From positions 4,030,001 through 4,094,000 of the forward strand of contig NW_024704769.1 of NCBI RefSeq assembly GCF_018977255.1: a DNA stretch of 64,000 nt. Direction: 5' to 3'. Both the position numbers and the translations under genes were made by a program. The notes under the pieces were generated by a model. It was not told the DNA's origin, did no database searches, and worked only from the letters and a program-made list of their open reading frames with translations. Below are positions 1-11,906 of this stretch, one piece after another; position 1 is the first letter of the stretch; each line of letters starts with the position of its first letter. Origin of the DNA: Callorhinchus milii (taxonomy: Eukaryota).

Positions 1-47
1 TTGCCTTAGCTGGTCTGTGAAGCTCATACAGTAACAGTGAGACTTAC

Positions 48-2714
48 CCCATGCAAATTCAGCTTTTTAGCGTCTCCTCTGATTATAACCTGCAAGGAAA
101 GGAAGGTTAGTGAGGAGGATAATAATAATAATCCTTGCATTTGATATAGCACCTCATCCCGTCTTCACAGGATATACTGTAAAGTGAATTGACTATATTT
201 TGTGGGTGAAACGTGGCACCCAATTGCGCTCAGCAGTGTCCCACAAGCAGTCGTGGATTGAGTGATCAAATTATTATTACTTTTTGAAGGGATTATTACC
301 TCCGGAAAAGCGATCCGTCAATCAACTAATAACCGGGTTCCTCCTTACTGCTGGGTATACAGAGGCGTGTGTGTAGAGTAAGGAAACTTGCCTAAAGTTT
401 CGCTGTGCCTGGGAATTGAACCCAGGTCCTCTCGCTTGCGAGGCGAGCGCTATAACTACTGGGCTACAGGATTCCACAGTGACAAAGGTGACAAAAAGAT
501 GCAGTTCTCTTTTACCTCTTTATATCCAAATCTCTCGTTCTGCGCTTGATGTCGCAGTTTACTGCAAAGAGAAGAAACAGATGGTTAGTTACCCAACCGT
601 GAGCAACTGAAATGGAACTTGCAACAACCTCCCTAAACCAGATGGCCCACAAGAGCTGACAACACTGGGAACTGACCACAGAGAGCGGCGATTGTGCGTC
701 TCTGAGCGTCAGAAACTACACCCACACACATCTAATAATAATAATCCTTGCATTGACATAGCACCTTATTACATTGCAGAGACATTTCAAAGCGCTTCAC
801 AGGACACGCTGTAAAGCGCAGTTACTCTGTATATTGTGGATGAAACGCAGCAGTCAGTTGCACACAGCAGCGTCCACAAACAGCCGTGAAGTGAGTGACC
901 AATTTTATCTGGGGCACTGTCAGCCAGGACACTGGGGGGGAGAGAGAGAGAGAGAGAGAGAGAGAAACGTTCTCGTTTCCAATAGCGTCGCAGGATCTTT
1001 AATGTCCACCTGAACAGAGCACAGACGGGGAGTGAGGTTTAACATTTCATCCGAAGGACGGCTGCGTCTCCGACAATGCAACACCCCTCAGCGCTACATT
1101 GGAGCGTCAGCTAAGACTGTGATTCCAAGTCCCGATGTGGGGGGCTCGAACCCACAATCTTCTGACTCAGAGGCGAGAGAGAGAGAGAGAGAGAGCGCTA
1201 CCACTGCGCCGGGCTGACACACACACAAAGCCTCACAGACACACACAAGCACAAGTGTCATTACATTGAGCTATTTTCATTTTGGAACAGAATCTCATGT
1301 CGCTTTAAGCAAAGTGCCATTGATGAAGCCTCCCTCGCAGCGGCAGAATGAGTGTGAGGCAAATCCTTCCCTTATAACAGCCCAAAATAAACCTTCACAG
1401 TGTGACAGCAGCTTACAGTATCTAGCCATGATTGTTCACTGGAGGAAATTGTACTTAATCTACAGGATATGTTCAAATTTCCAGCACTCCAGAAGTCTGT
1501 ACAGCATGTTCCCCACCGCCAACACAGGATGTCCAATAATCCCACAGGAAAGGAATCAAAATCGTACCTTTAACTCTGTGAGGGCGGGAAACTACAGAGT
1601 ATCTGTGGCTTACCAACTGAGCCAAGCTGACATTTCACCTCCAGTGGCAACAACAATAGTAATAATCCTTGCATTTGAATCCATAGCGTCTTATCACGTC
1701 GTCGAGACGTCTCAAAGCGATTCACAGAATATACTGTAAAGTGTGGTGACTGTATATTTTGTGGGAGAAATGCGACAGCCAATTGCGCACAACAGGGTCC
1801 CACAAACTGTCTTGGATTGAGTGACCAAATTATTATTCTGTTTTTTGGAAGGGATTATTACCCCTCTATAACAGAGGTGCATAACTCTAGGAAGGAAACT
1901 CTCCTAAGGTTTTGCCTTGCCTGGGAATCGAACCCGGGTCCTCTCGCTTGCTAACCATTCCTGACGTGAAAGGCATCTACAAATGTAACTTGCTGTTGTT
2001 CTTGCCATCAGTTCTGGTGCTGTGCTGAAGGACGGTGTGTGGTTGTGTCCCTGAGTTACTCTCTGAAGCCTCCATTGCGCACTGAGACAGTTAACAGGAG
2101 CTGTCAGTAGAACTTTTCTTATAGACAATAGCAATTTCCTGCCATCTGATTGCTGAACACATTGCTAGCGTTAGTGTATAAATAACATTTGGTGTGAGGG
2201 AGTCGCTGGATATAGCCCAGTGGGATGGATGGATGTGGTGGTACCTCCTCTCACACAGCTCCCAGGCTGACAGGCAAAGGCTGCACAACTGGTCACACTT
2301 ATCGCTGGTTCCACACAACTGCATAAAACAGCAGTGCCCCACAAACAGTTGTGGATTGAGTGACCGACCCCTTTCTTTTAAGGATTATTACCCCGAGAAA
2401 GATTATTACATCTCCATAAGCGATCTGATCGACTAACAGCCGAGTAGAGTAAGGAGACTTGCCTAACGTTTTGTCCTGTTCAGGGTCCTCTCGCTCGTGA
2501 GGCGAGTGCTCTAACCACTACTCTACAGGGCTCCACTAATGGATTGGGGGACGTTACCTGATAAAGTAACAGCAGAATATCAGGCTGAGCACAAACACGA
2601 AGATTCCAGTCCCAAATATCACCATGTAGATGTTTAGTGGAAGGTCCTGGAAGGTGATTGGAGGCATGGTGCACGATTTATTGCCGTAAATCAATCCCAG
2701 GCCACAGAAGCATC
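48..2714 (-). CDS. RNF122: RNF122, partial duplicate copy (exons 2-4: 2558-2714, 516-561, 48-89; later exons would lie left of the window; no exon 1 adjacent)
   Basis: Exons with GT/AG ends translate to (G)[52 protein letters not shown] / [15 protein letters not shown] / [14 protein letters not shown]. Positions 1-~2820 are nearly identical to 17518-20345. Confidence 0.85.
121..475 (-). mobile_element. tRNA-derived SINE, family A, full length (example of dozens of full or partial copies in the window)
   Basis: Minus strand begins GGAATCCTGTAGCCCAGTAG (A-box-like), then GGTTCAATTCC (B box). It ends with the tail ...GCTATATCAAATGCAAGG(ATT)n. The same element recurs at e.g. 34125-34430, 43080-43440, 48690-49085, 50385-50710. 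Confidence 0.9.
735..1216 (-). mobile_element. tRNA-derived SINE, family B, with a Deu-domain-like central region
   Basis: Head ...GGTAGCGCTCTC...CTCTGAGTCAGAAGATTGTGGGTTCGAGCCCC. Centre CAGGTGGACATTAAAGATCC...CTATTGGAA...CAGTGTCCTGGC resembles the DeuSINE domain from memory. The 3' tail is shared with family A. Other copies at ~18240-18745, 31064-31455 (+), 42095-42490, 54580-55050. Confidence 0.75.
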
Positions 2715-3351
2715 CTGAGAAAAGTGAAAGGAAAATAAGTTAGATCTCTGAGGAAACCTGTGAGCTTTCTTTTTTAATATTATCCACTTACTTTTGTCAG
2801 GTGAGGGTATCAAGGCAGGCCGCGCCCAAAACTGGCACTGTCCCCCAATCCAGTCCCGTCACCCACCCCCAGCACCAGCCCCCTCTCCCCCAAACCGGCC
2901 CCTCCGACCCCTAAACCAGAACCTGCACCCGGCGACCAACAAGCCCTCGCGCCCCCAAAACTGCTTTCTGCAGCCCCGAAGCCCAGCTCCTCTGCCCCGA
3001 GACCAGCACCCCCAAACACCGCCACCGTCCATTAAAACCAGCACCGCAAACCCAGCTCTGACGCCCTGAATTACTGCCCCCGCCTCGCTACTGGGAGGGT
3101 GGCCGAAGGTGCGGTCGAAGAGGAGGGTCTTGAGAGGGAGGCGAGGGAGGGGACCAGGGGGAGGGGACTGTGGGATGGAGTTTCAAAGGGTGGGGGCAGA
3201 GAGACTTGAGGCAAAACCGACGATGGTGGGACGGGAGGGACGGGCGGGGGACATGGAGCGGGCCAGCGCCCGCTGAGCGGAGGGAGCGGGCAGGTTGACA
3301 TGGGTACAGAAGTGCTGCCCCTGATGGGAGTGTGACTGTTTGTTTGCCAGG

Positions 3352-4943
3352 ATGCCTGGATTATTAGGGGTAGCGAGCGTGTGTCTCCTGGTGATCACGG
3401 GAAGCATGTACCACCCCCGCCTGCTGAGCGATGAGGTTGAGTATGAGGAGGTGCTCGTCAAGATGCAGGAGCAGGAACAACAGTACAAGTTGGAGATGGA
3501 GCGGCTCCAGAAAGCAGTGGACGTGGAAAGCAGACACGACTCTCAGATGAAGGGCAATGCCATGGTGAAGGGAGAGAAACGAACCCACCTGAACTGGAAC
3601 ACCTGGAATATCCTTCTCATGGTGACCATTCTGTTCCTGGAGCTGTGGAGGCAGGACACGCGGCAGGACAACATACCAGAGTGCAACAGCGAGGAAGAGG
3701 ACGAGAACGAGGCTCCTCAAAGGCTTTACTGCAACATCCTGAACATTCCGGAAAGACCCGTGCTGGATGACTTTTACAAGTGCGTTAAGGAGGCCAACCG
3801 GGAGCCACCTCAGACTTGCGAGTTCGTAGAAGCTTTTGTGGACAATCTCTTGCAAGCCTGCAGGAACATGTGCCAGTGGAACTCCGAGACGATTGTGGAG
3901 GACTGCATCGGCATTGGCAGTCAGTTTGAGAAATGGGGTTGCAAGACCCCCTCTGTGTACGATGTCCTGGCGCCCATTTTAATTCAAGATGGCTACACCT
4001 TTAAGCCCGAGATCTGTTGTTGCGACATCCCGTCAGACAAGCAGAGTTACGGACGGATTCTTATGATCAGCCCGGGCAACGAGGAGGTGAGCTGCGTCTG
4101 CAAGAGCTCTGAGCTCGACGGAGAGGTTCTGTGTCTCATCCACAGCAAGAAGTTTGAACGTGAGCTCCAGCACACCAACGCCCTGGCTTCCATCGTGTGT
4201 TCAGAGTGGTACCTGGACTCTAAGAAAGTATTGAAGTGGTTCCGGACTGCCTTCATAAGGGCCTGGAGTGAAGTGTGTCACAAGTATGATTTTGAACTCT
4301 CCTTTCACAACATCACTGGCTCCTGTGGGTTAAAACTGCAGTATCAGTCGGGCCGCAACATCTACATTAAGGTCTTCCCCGCTGTGCGCCTCAAGGACTC
4401 AGACGTCTTCCTCGTGGCCAATTTCCCCGACTGCACAAGGATTCCACACTGGCCAGTACCTACTGGCACCTGTCCTGCGCTGTATGCGAGCTTCGCTTCC
4501 TCAAGATCATCACCAAGAGCCTCCCCAAGAACAGCTGCCACCTCAAGTGCCTTCAGATCCTGACCTTCCTGAACGAGAAGCTTTACAGCAGCACAGAGAA
4601 GAAGAGCGTTCTCACCTCCTACTTCTTCAAGACTGTCCTCATGCACCTGCTGCTCAGCCAGCCCTACATGAACTGGCACGACCGTTGCTTGGAGCAGAGG
4701 CTCCAGGACGTTCTGAAGTTCCTCGGGAAAAGCTTGGATGAGAAGCGTCTACACAGGTTTATGATCGGAAACCGTGCCTTCCCCAAGCAGTTTGGGATCC
4801 CAGAGCTTCTCCTGCAGGCAGAGCCCATAAACCTCCTGCGATCCTTCGTCCTCCAGCGCGATGTGTACAGCCAGGCCCTCATGGAATATCAGAAGCTCCT
4901 GAGGGACATGGGTCCTTCAATGACTGAATGCATCAAAGGATAA
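3352..4943 (+). CDS. ITPRIPL1: ITPRIP-like 1 (Mab-21/cGAS-like fold membrane protein), single coding exon, ~530 aa once a one-base frameshift at ~4435-4445 is corrected
   Basis: Acceptor tttgtttgccag|G precedes ATG 3352. There is an N-terminal hydrophobic segment, a coiled coil and a TM-like segment. Motifs TCEFVEAFVDNLLQACR, EDCIGIGSQFEKWG and HKYDFELS are followed in the shifted frame by CHLKCLQIL...LTSYFFKTVLMHLLL...AEPINL, matching recalled ITPRIP/ITPRIPL1. Linkage with NCAPH/SNRNP200 favours L1. AATAAA at 5134-5139. Confidence 0.8.
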
Positions 4944-5374
4944 ACACACACTCATTGATCTCAATCTCTTGGGATTGGAGTGGAATCATTTAATAGATAT
5001 GTAATATTTACAGTCCCACTGAGACTCCAATCTATTACACGTGTAATATTTACACCCTGCTCATTTCTGTACTTTAATACATGGTGAAACAAACGCAATA
5101 CTGACTATTCTTTGTACTTGTCTCTCTGTCCAAAATAAAGGGGAAGTCCTGTAGGTTAGTGGTTAGAGCTCTTGCAAGCGAGAGGAACCAGGTTCGATTC
5201 CTGGGCGGGGCAAAACATTGGGCAAGTTTTCTTACTTCACGCACGCGTCTCTTTTTTTTACCTGAGCAGTAAGTAGGCACTCGTTGTTAGTCGATGGGCG
5301 GATCGCTTTTCCGGGAGTAATAATCCCTTCAAAGAAATAAAAAATGTGTTTTTTTAAATAATAATCTGGTCACT

Positions 5375-5527
5375 CAATCCACGACAGTGTGTGGGGGACA
5401 CTGCTGTGCGCAATCCACGACAGTGTGTGGGGGACGCTGCTGTGCGCAATCCACGACAGTGTGTGGGGGACGCTGCTGTGCGCAATCCACGACAGTGTGT
5501 GGGGGACGCTGCTGTGCGCAATCCACG
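5375..5527 (+). repeat. 36-bp minisatellite (4 units plus a partial) expanded inside a family-A SINE (~5143-5655, +)
   Basis: Unit CAATCCACGACAGTGTGTGGGGGACRCTGCTGTGCG starts at 5375, 5411, 5447, 5483 and 5519 (partial). Confidence 0.95.
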
Positions 5528-5949
5528 CTGCCACGTCTTTCGCCCACAAAATGCACAGCCACTACGCTTCGCAGTGTATTCCGTGAAGCGCTTTGAGACG
5601 TCTCGAAGACGCGATCGGGCGCCTGCGTCAAACGCGAGGTCCGTTATTATTATTGCTACTGTCGTCCAGAGATAACTTTTAAGAACAACGGGAAATCATA
5701 TTTACCCAGTGCCGGACGGTGAGGGTGGGCCGGAGTCCAGGGGTGGGGGTGGGGGGGCATTTCGCACACAAAATACACAGCCACCGCACTTTACGGTGTA
5801 TCCTGCGAAGCGCTTCGAGACGTCTCGAAGACGTGATGGGGCTTCTTTATCAAATACAAGGATTATTATTATTATTATTGTTGTTATTACCCGCCCACCA
5901 GCGCCGGGGGGGGGGGGTGTGTGGTGTGGGTGAGGGACTGGCCCTTTAA

Positions 5950-6043
5950 GACGCGCGCATGCGCAGAGGCGCCGCGCCACACGCTCGCGCGCCACAGTTT
6001 GAAAACCCGAAGCAGTAACGGAAAAAGGCGCGAGCAGGTCAGT
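5950..6043 (+). promoter_or_regulatory. CpG-island promoter and putative non-coding first exon (donor after 6037), G2/M-type; probably NCAPH exon 1
   Basis: NRF1 motif GCGCATGCGC at 5955-5964. GC-rich CDE-like element, 4-nt spacer, then CHR TTTGAA at 5998-6003. MYB-like TAACGG at 6016-6021. Donor CAG|GTCAGT at 6037/6038. CpG-rich from ~5700 to 6900. Confidence 0.55.
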
Positions 6044-7240
6044 GCGGCCCGCGGGCCGGAACCCCGGGGAGGGGGCCGGAGCCCGGGAGCCCGGGAGCAG
6101 TGAGGTTCGGGGTTGCAGGGAGGGAGGGAGGGAGGATCCTGTCGCTGGAATAAATCAGACCGAGCTCCGGGGGCCGCGGGAGGGGGCGGCGGAACAGCGG
6201 GTAGGCCTGAAGCCCGCGGGCCGACCTGCCTCCCCCCCCCGGGCCCCCGACCTCCTCCCTCAGGGCAGGAGGGAGCGGGTGTGTGTGTGTGTGTGTGTGT
6301 GAGAGGGGCAAATCCTCTCCGGTCCCCACTGCACCGCCACAGGCAGAGCTGTTACTGTCACGGAGCTCTGCAACGCGAGAACAGTCACTACACTCACTGA
6401 TCATCATCATCACATCATCATCCTCGCCCTTAACGCAGCGCCCGCCTCGTCCCGTCTCCAAGACGTCTCAAAGCGCTTCTCACCGCGTGCGCTGTAAAAT
6501 GTAGTGACTGTATCTTGCGGCGCCGGTGCGGCCGAGTCACGTCCTCCCGTGAGGACGGCTCCGACTGCCGGGGAACCGCCGTGGCTGCCCGCGCGGGGCA
6601 GCGCCCCCGGAGCGCTGGGCGGCGGCGGCGGCGACACGGGGTGGCCGTAGGCGCGGTCCAAGAGGCAGGTCCCTCGCGCGCGGCCGCGAAGACGGGGAAG
6701 GGAAGGGGTCGAGGCGGAGGGGAGAGAGGTCCAGAGTTACGGGTGGACACCCCGGTCTGCGCTCAGGGACCCGTTATAACTGGGGGTCGCCTGTGGTTGA
6801 CTTAATGTGGGAACCAACCCCCACCCTCCCACCCCAACCCATGAGGGTCTCCAGTCCGGTTCCTGAGCCAGGAGGGGGCGCAGTGTCCCAGGCTCGGCCT
6901 GACAGGGGGGACTTGAGGAGCTCAGACACAGACAGACGTGTCGCCGTTCGACGGGAGATATTTTTATGCACAAGTTTGTACAGTGTTGGCTGTGTCAGCC
7001 CGGGCTGGAGGGGCGGCACGATGGGAGGGCGCTCCGAAAACCAGGCGGGAATATTAATAACAACAATAATTACTCCCTGAAGACCCTGAAACACAACACG
7101 ATGATGATAATAATAATAATAAACTGACTGACTGACTTCAGCAAAGCTGATTTACTGTCCAGAGGAATGGTGTCTCTCTCTCTCGTGGTGTGACTTGGCT
7201 GTTGTGATGGAGTCTCGGTGTCTGCGCCGCCGCCGGCTCC

Positions 7241-10200
7241 TCACGTGCTCCGTGCCTTTGCCGCCGGCTCAGACTCCGTCTCTCGCTCGTACTCGATCTC
7301 CACAAAGCTGCGTTTGAAGCGGGCCCCGCCCTTCACCGGCGTCTTCCCCTTCGACGACCTCCTTCCGGCAACTTCCGTCTCCATCTCCTCCTCCTTCCCG
7401 TCCGCCCGCACTTTGTCCATTTCCTGAGGGGCACAAGTTTCCCCCCCGTCGTTAACCTCTGAGACGTGGCTCCGCCGTAACACCGCGACATTCACAAGCG
7501 CCTTTCGCGTTGGGCGGACGTTCCAAGGTGCTGGACAGTCAGGAATCGCACAGTCCCTTCGCCTCGGCCCCTCCCTCAAGGTCCGTTTCAAGACCCTCCT
7601 CTTCAACCAGGCCTTCGGTCAACCTCCCCGGCCTCCACCCCCTCCTGATCCCAACCCCCAACCCCAACCCCCCTCGGGTCCAAATCCCTGACTGTCCAGG
7701 GCCCTGGGACGTTCTCCTGATGTGAGACACGACGTGTAAATGTAATGTGTTGTAGCTGTTGAGACGCGCCGAGCCCCCTCGGTAACGAGCGAGAGATGTA
7801 CATGTTGGATGCAACGTTAAACCTTCAGCGCTGGGAGGGGCGGACTGACGGACAAGGGCTCTTGCTTACCTCAAAGTCACTCAGGTCACTTTCCTCCAGC
7901 TCATCACCTTCTACGTATTCCACTTGTCCAACATCCTGAGAGAGAGAGAGAGAGAGAGAAAGGGGGTTGGGGGGGGGGGGGAACAGTTTAGAAACAGCCA
8001 CACAGAAAATACCTCCCTGTCACGCCTGCATATACATAACGTGTACACACAGGCAGACACGTATGCACACATACATACAGCCCACACCTTGTGTGTATTG
8101 TTCACGTTCAGGGACATCAGATTGTGCAGGACTTTACACACAAAGGCCAATGGGAGTCTGGAACTCTCTCTCCCTCACCCAAAAGGCTGTGGATTATGAC
8201 TGGATCCATTCACATTGTCCAGATGTTTGTCAGCTCAGGGTATCAGGGGATACGGGGCAAAGGCGGGTCATTGGAGTTCAGGTACAGATCAGCCACGATC
8301 TAATAGAATGGCGGAATAGGCTCGAGGCGCTGAATGGCCTCGTACGGTTCCTATGACTGGTGTCCTGGCTCGTGACAAATCTCAAATTTTATTATTATTA
8401 AAACGTCGCTCACCGCATCCTCCTCCTCCTCCTCTTCTTCCGAGTCTGTCTCGCTCTCCTCGTCCTGTTGCTGCAGAGCTTTGTCAAAGGCGTGAACCGG
8501 GAAGTTGTAAATATCTCCATACTACAGAGAGAGAGAGAGAGAGAGAGACATTAGCAACAAGAATCCTTGTCCTCGCCTTTAAAGTCCTCCCACGAGTTTG
8601 CTCCTCCCGTCTCAAGACTTTCCCCTTTGACCGCGCCTTCGGTCGCCCTCCTACCCCCACCCTCCCTGCCCTGCCCTCCACCCCTCCTGATCCCAACTCC
8701 CAGCTCGGGTCCAAATCCCTGCCCGTCCAGTAAAAAAAAAAACATGGTCACTCAATATAGACACTGCTCACAATTGGCTGCCGCGTTTTGTCCACAGAAT
8801 GTACAGTCAATTCACTGTCCGTGCTATTCTGTGAAGCGCTTTGAGACGTCTCAACTGTGTGATCAGGCACCCCCCCCCCCTCCCCCCCCCCACTGCAGTT
8901 CAAGGTGTTGGGGTTCAGGTTCCTCACCGTTCCCTGTCTCAGTCTGTCCAGTAATTCCTTCTCAATGGCGTTGTCCAACTGAGCTGCGATCAGCGCCTTC
9001 TCCTGAAACAAAACACCAGACACCAGGTCAGACATCAACCCTGAACCTCCACAATCCCCTCTCCGCCCCCCCCCCACCCAACACACACAGCCTCAGCTCA
9101 CAGGCACTGCCAAGTCTCAGACCGTCCGTCCGTCCCCCCCACCCCCCCTCACAAATACACCCAAACAGACCTCTCTGCGCTGGTCACGTCGCTCCACCTT
9201 CTTGCTTAAAGGCACCAGTTTCCTCCTACAAAGAGAGACGCAAACAGTTAGTCCCCACTCTGCCCGGCTCTGCAGCCCCCCCCCCCCTCCCCGTCAACCC
9301 CGAGAGTGAGTGCGAGTGCTCATTCCATCCCAGCAATCCATCTCTGGGATTTCCACGTGTGTGATGAGATGCCCGTTGGGGTTTGTGACTGTTAATCACG
9401 GAGCCGGGTTTCCGCGCGTGTCCGTCCGGCTGTGAAGCTTTGTCCTTACTGGCGTTTCAGGGTGAGTTTGCGGATGCGGATGAGGTATTGGGTGATCTTG
9501 GTGAAGCGCTGTTTGCACTTGTGTCGGAGGAAGCGAGGCCAGTAGATCAGGTTCTCGTCGATCTGCTCCAGAGCTTTCTCGTAGTTCTTGCTCAGCTTCA
9601 CCTGCGGAACATTCCGGCGCAGGATTAGCCGCGAAATAGCGGCCAATACGTGGCTTTACCGGCGGCAAAAGAAGAGACGGGTTCCCAGACTCCAACCCCC
9701 CCCCCCACCCCCCCTCCAGGGTGAGCATTATGTCGTCAGGAGGTTGTGGGTTCAAACCCCCCCACATCGGGACTTGTAATCACACAGTCTAAGCTGACTG
9801 GTGCGCTGGGGGGTGTTGCATTGTCGGAGACGCCATCCTTTGGATGAGACGCGCGGGGGGGGGGAGGAGCGATGCTCCATACTCACTCTCTCCCACATCC
9901 GAGCTGGAAACGCGGCTCTCTCTATCACCTTCATGTACAGGAAGCACTGACCTGCGACACACACACACAACACATCAAATGTACACAGCGCCTTTCACGT
10001 CTGTCGGGAGGACATCTCAGGGCACTGACACACACACAGCACATTCGCTATTGTTCAACCACAACGCAAACCCGGTCAGTACACACACACAGTACACACA
10101 CACAGTACATACACAGTACCACCCCCCCCCCCCCCCTCGCCGCTGCCTCTCACCTTTCTCCTCCCTGACCGTGGCGTACTGGCTGTTTGCGAGGGGACAG

Positions 10201-11608
10201 GATGAGCGGTTACACATCCCCGTGAGATTGTACTCATTCCGGCAGAAACTCTGCGTCTTTGTTCTGAAGGGAAAAAGGAAGTCCAGGGGTTGAACCCCAA
10301 CCAACAACAACTTGCACTTATATAGACCCCATACACATACACCTTCATATATTATTTACATTGTGCCCCTCACGCAGGGCAGCGTCCTGGAGCGCTTGAC
10401 AGTGGTGGAGACCGACGCTGAGCCGGGAGGAGGCGACCGCGGGCTCGGTTAGAAGAGGGAAGTCTTCAGACGCGACCTGAAGATGCGATATATCCTAATA
10501 ATCCTTGCATTTGATATAGCGCTTTTCACGTCGGAGGACATCCCAAAGCGCTTCACAGAACACACTGTAAAGTGAATTGACTGTATATTTGTGGGCGAAC
10601 GCGGCAGCCAATTGCGCACAGCAATGTCCCCAAACAGTCGTAGATTGAAAATGACCAATTTATTATTGTTTTGGTTTTGGAGGGATTATTATTAGGCTCT
10701 GTGTGGAGTAAGGAAACTTGCCCAAGGTTTCGCCCTCTGTCTGGAATTGAACTCAGGTCTCTCACTTGCAAAGCGAGTGCTCTAACCACTGAGCTACAGG
10801 ACTCCTGTGAAGCGCTTTGAGGCGTCTCAACCACACGATAAGGCGCTGTATCACCTGTAAGGTCACTATTATTTTATTATTAAACCACAGCTCCTTCCCG
10901 GGTCCCAGGAATACCACAACTTACTTCACTTTGTACGAACAGAACTGTCTGTTTCCGATAACGNNNNNNNNNNNNNNNNNNNNNNNNNNNNNNNNNNNNN
11001 NNNNNNNNNNNNNNNNNNNNNNNNNNNNNNNNNNNNNNNNNNNNNNNNNNNNNNNNNNNNNNNNNNNNNNNNNNNNNNNNNNNNNNNNNNNNNNNNNNNN
11101 NNNNNNNNNNNNNNNNNNNNNNNNNACAGTCACAGATAACAGTCACAGGNNNNNNNNNNNNNNNNNNNNNNNNNNNNNNNNNNNNNNNNNNNNNNNNNNN
11201 NNNNNNNNNNNNNNNNNNNNNNNNNNNNNNNNNNNNNNNNNNNNNNNNNNNNNNNNNNNNNNNNNNNNNNNNNNNNNNNNNNNNNNNNNNNNNNNNNNNN
11301 NNNNNNNNNNNNNNNNNNNNNNNNNNNNNNNNNNNNNNNNNNNNNNNNNNNNNNNNNNNNNNNNNNNNNNNNNNNNNNNNNNNNNNNNNNNNNNNNNNNN
11401 NNNNNNNNNNNNNNNNNNNNNNNNNNNNNNNNNNNNNNNNNNNNNNNNNNNNNNNNNNNNNNNNNNNNNNNNNNNNNNNNNNNNNNNNNNNNNNNNNNNN
11501 NNNNNNNNNNNNNNNNNNNNNNNNNNNNNNNNNNNNNNNNNNNNNNNNNNATCTGAACTGAGTGCACTCACACACACACACACACACACACATTCACTCT
11601 CTCACACA

Positions 11609-11645
<37 letters not shown>

Positions 11646-11732
11646 TCTGTGTCTCTTCACTCAAATGATTTACAATGAACTATAACATGAAGTATATTTA
11701 GGGTCGGACAGACTCACATCATCGTGTTGCAT
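7241..11732 (-). CDS. MAK16: MAK16 ribosome biogenesis protein; exons 11718-11732, 10925-10963 (5' part lost in gap), 10154-10263, 9887-9951, 9450-9601, 9171-9225, 8928-9002, 8414-8521, 7870-7935, 7241-7423
   Basis: Kozak GCCGCCATG then MQHDD. Later exons give [100 protein letters not shown], an acidic tail and [10 protein letters not shown]. All visible phases are compatible. Confidence 0.96.
10964..11550. other. Assembly gaps (10964-11125 and 11150-11550); other gaps at 12250-12558, 20346-20370, 50131-50353
   Basis: Runs of N. The first gap truncates MAK16 exon 2. Confidence 1.
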
Positions 11733-11740
11733 GGCGGCTC

Positions 11741-11880
11741 CTCTCTGTGTCCCTCTCTGTCACTCTCTGTGTCCCTCTCTGTGTCCCTCTCTGTCACTCT
11801 CTGTGTCCCTCTCTGTCACTCTCTCTGTGTCCCTCTCTCTGTCCCTCTCTCACTGCCCCACGTGCTGCCCGGAAGTGACG
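11741..11880 (-). promoter_or_regulatory. MAK16 5' region: CT/GT-rich simple repeat upstream of the ATG and an ETS/GABP site CCGGAAGT followed by a TGACG half-CRE
   Basis: (CTCTCTGTGTCC/CTCTCTGTCA)n at 11741-11853; CCGGAAGTGACG at 11869-11880. Confidence 0.55.
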
Positions 11881-11906
11881 AGCCAACCTCTCGCGAGGGC
11901 TGTGCC

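Noticed and set aside
121-475. tRNA-like sequences with A/B boxes (here and at many other positions)
   Set aside because: They are SINE heads continuous with SINE bodies and (ATT)n tails, with no complete acceptor stem.
1266-1739. 157-aa plus-strand ORF
   Set aside because: It is antisense in an RNF122 intron, has a non-ATG start, ends in a SINE and is frameshifted in the duplicate copy.
4425-4460. Programmed ribosomal frameshift in ITPRIPL1
   Set aside because: No convincing slippery heptamer or downstream structure, and single-base indel errors are common elsewhere in this assembly.
5375-5527. 36-bp repeats resembling a CRISPR array (also 16295-16523)
   Set aside because: Units are directly tandem with no unique spacers, there are no cas genes, and the context is vertebrate.
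8567-9364. 265-aa Pro-rich ORF
   Set aside because: It is antisense to MAK16 and made of L2 and SINE remnants plus C runs.
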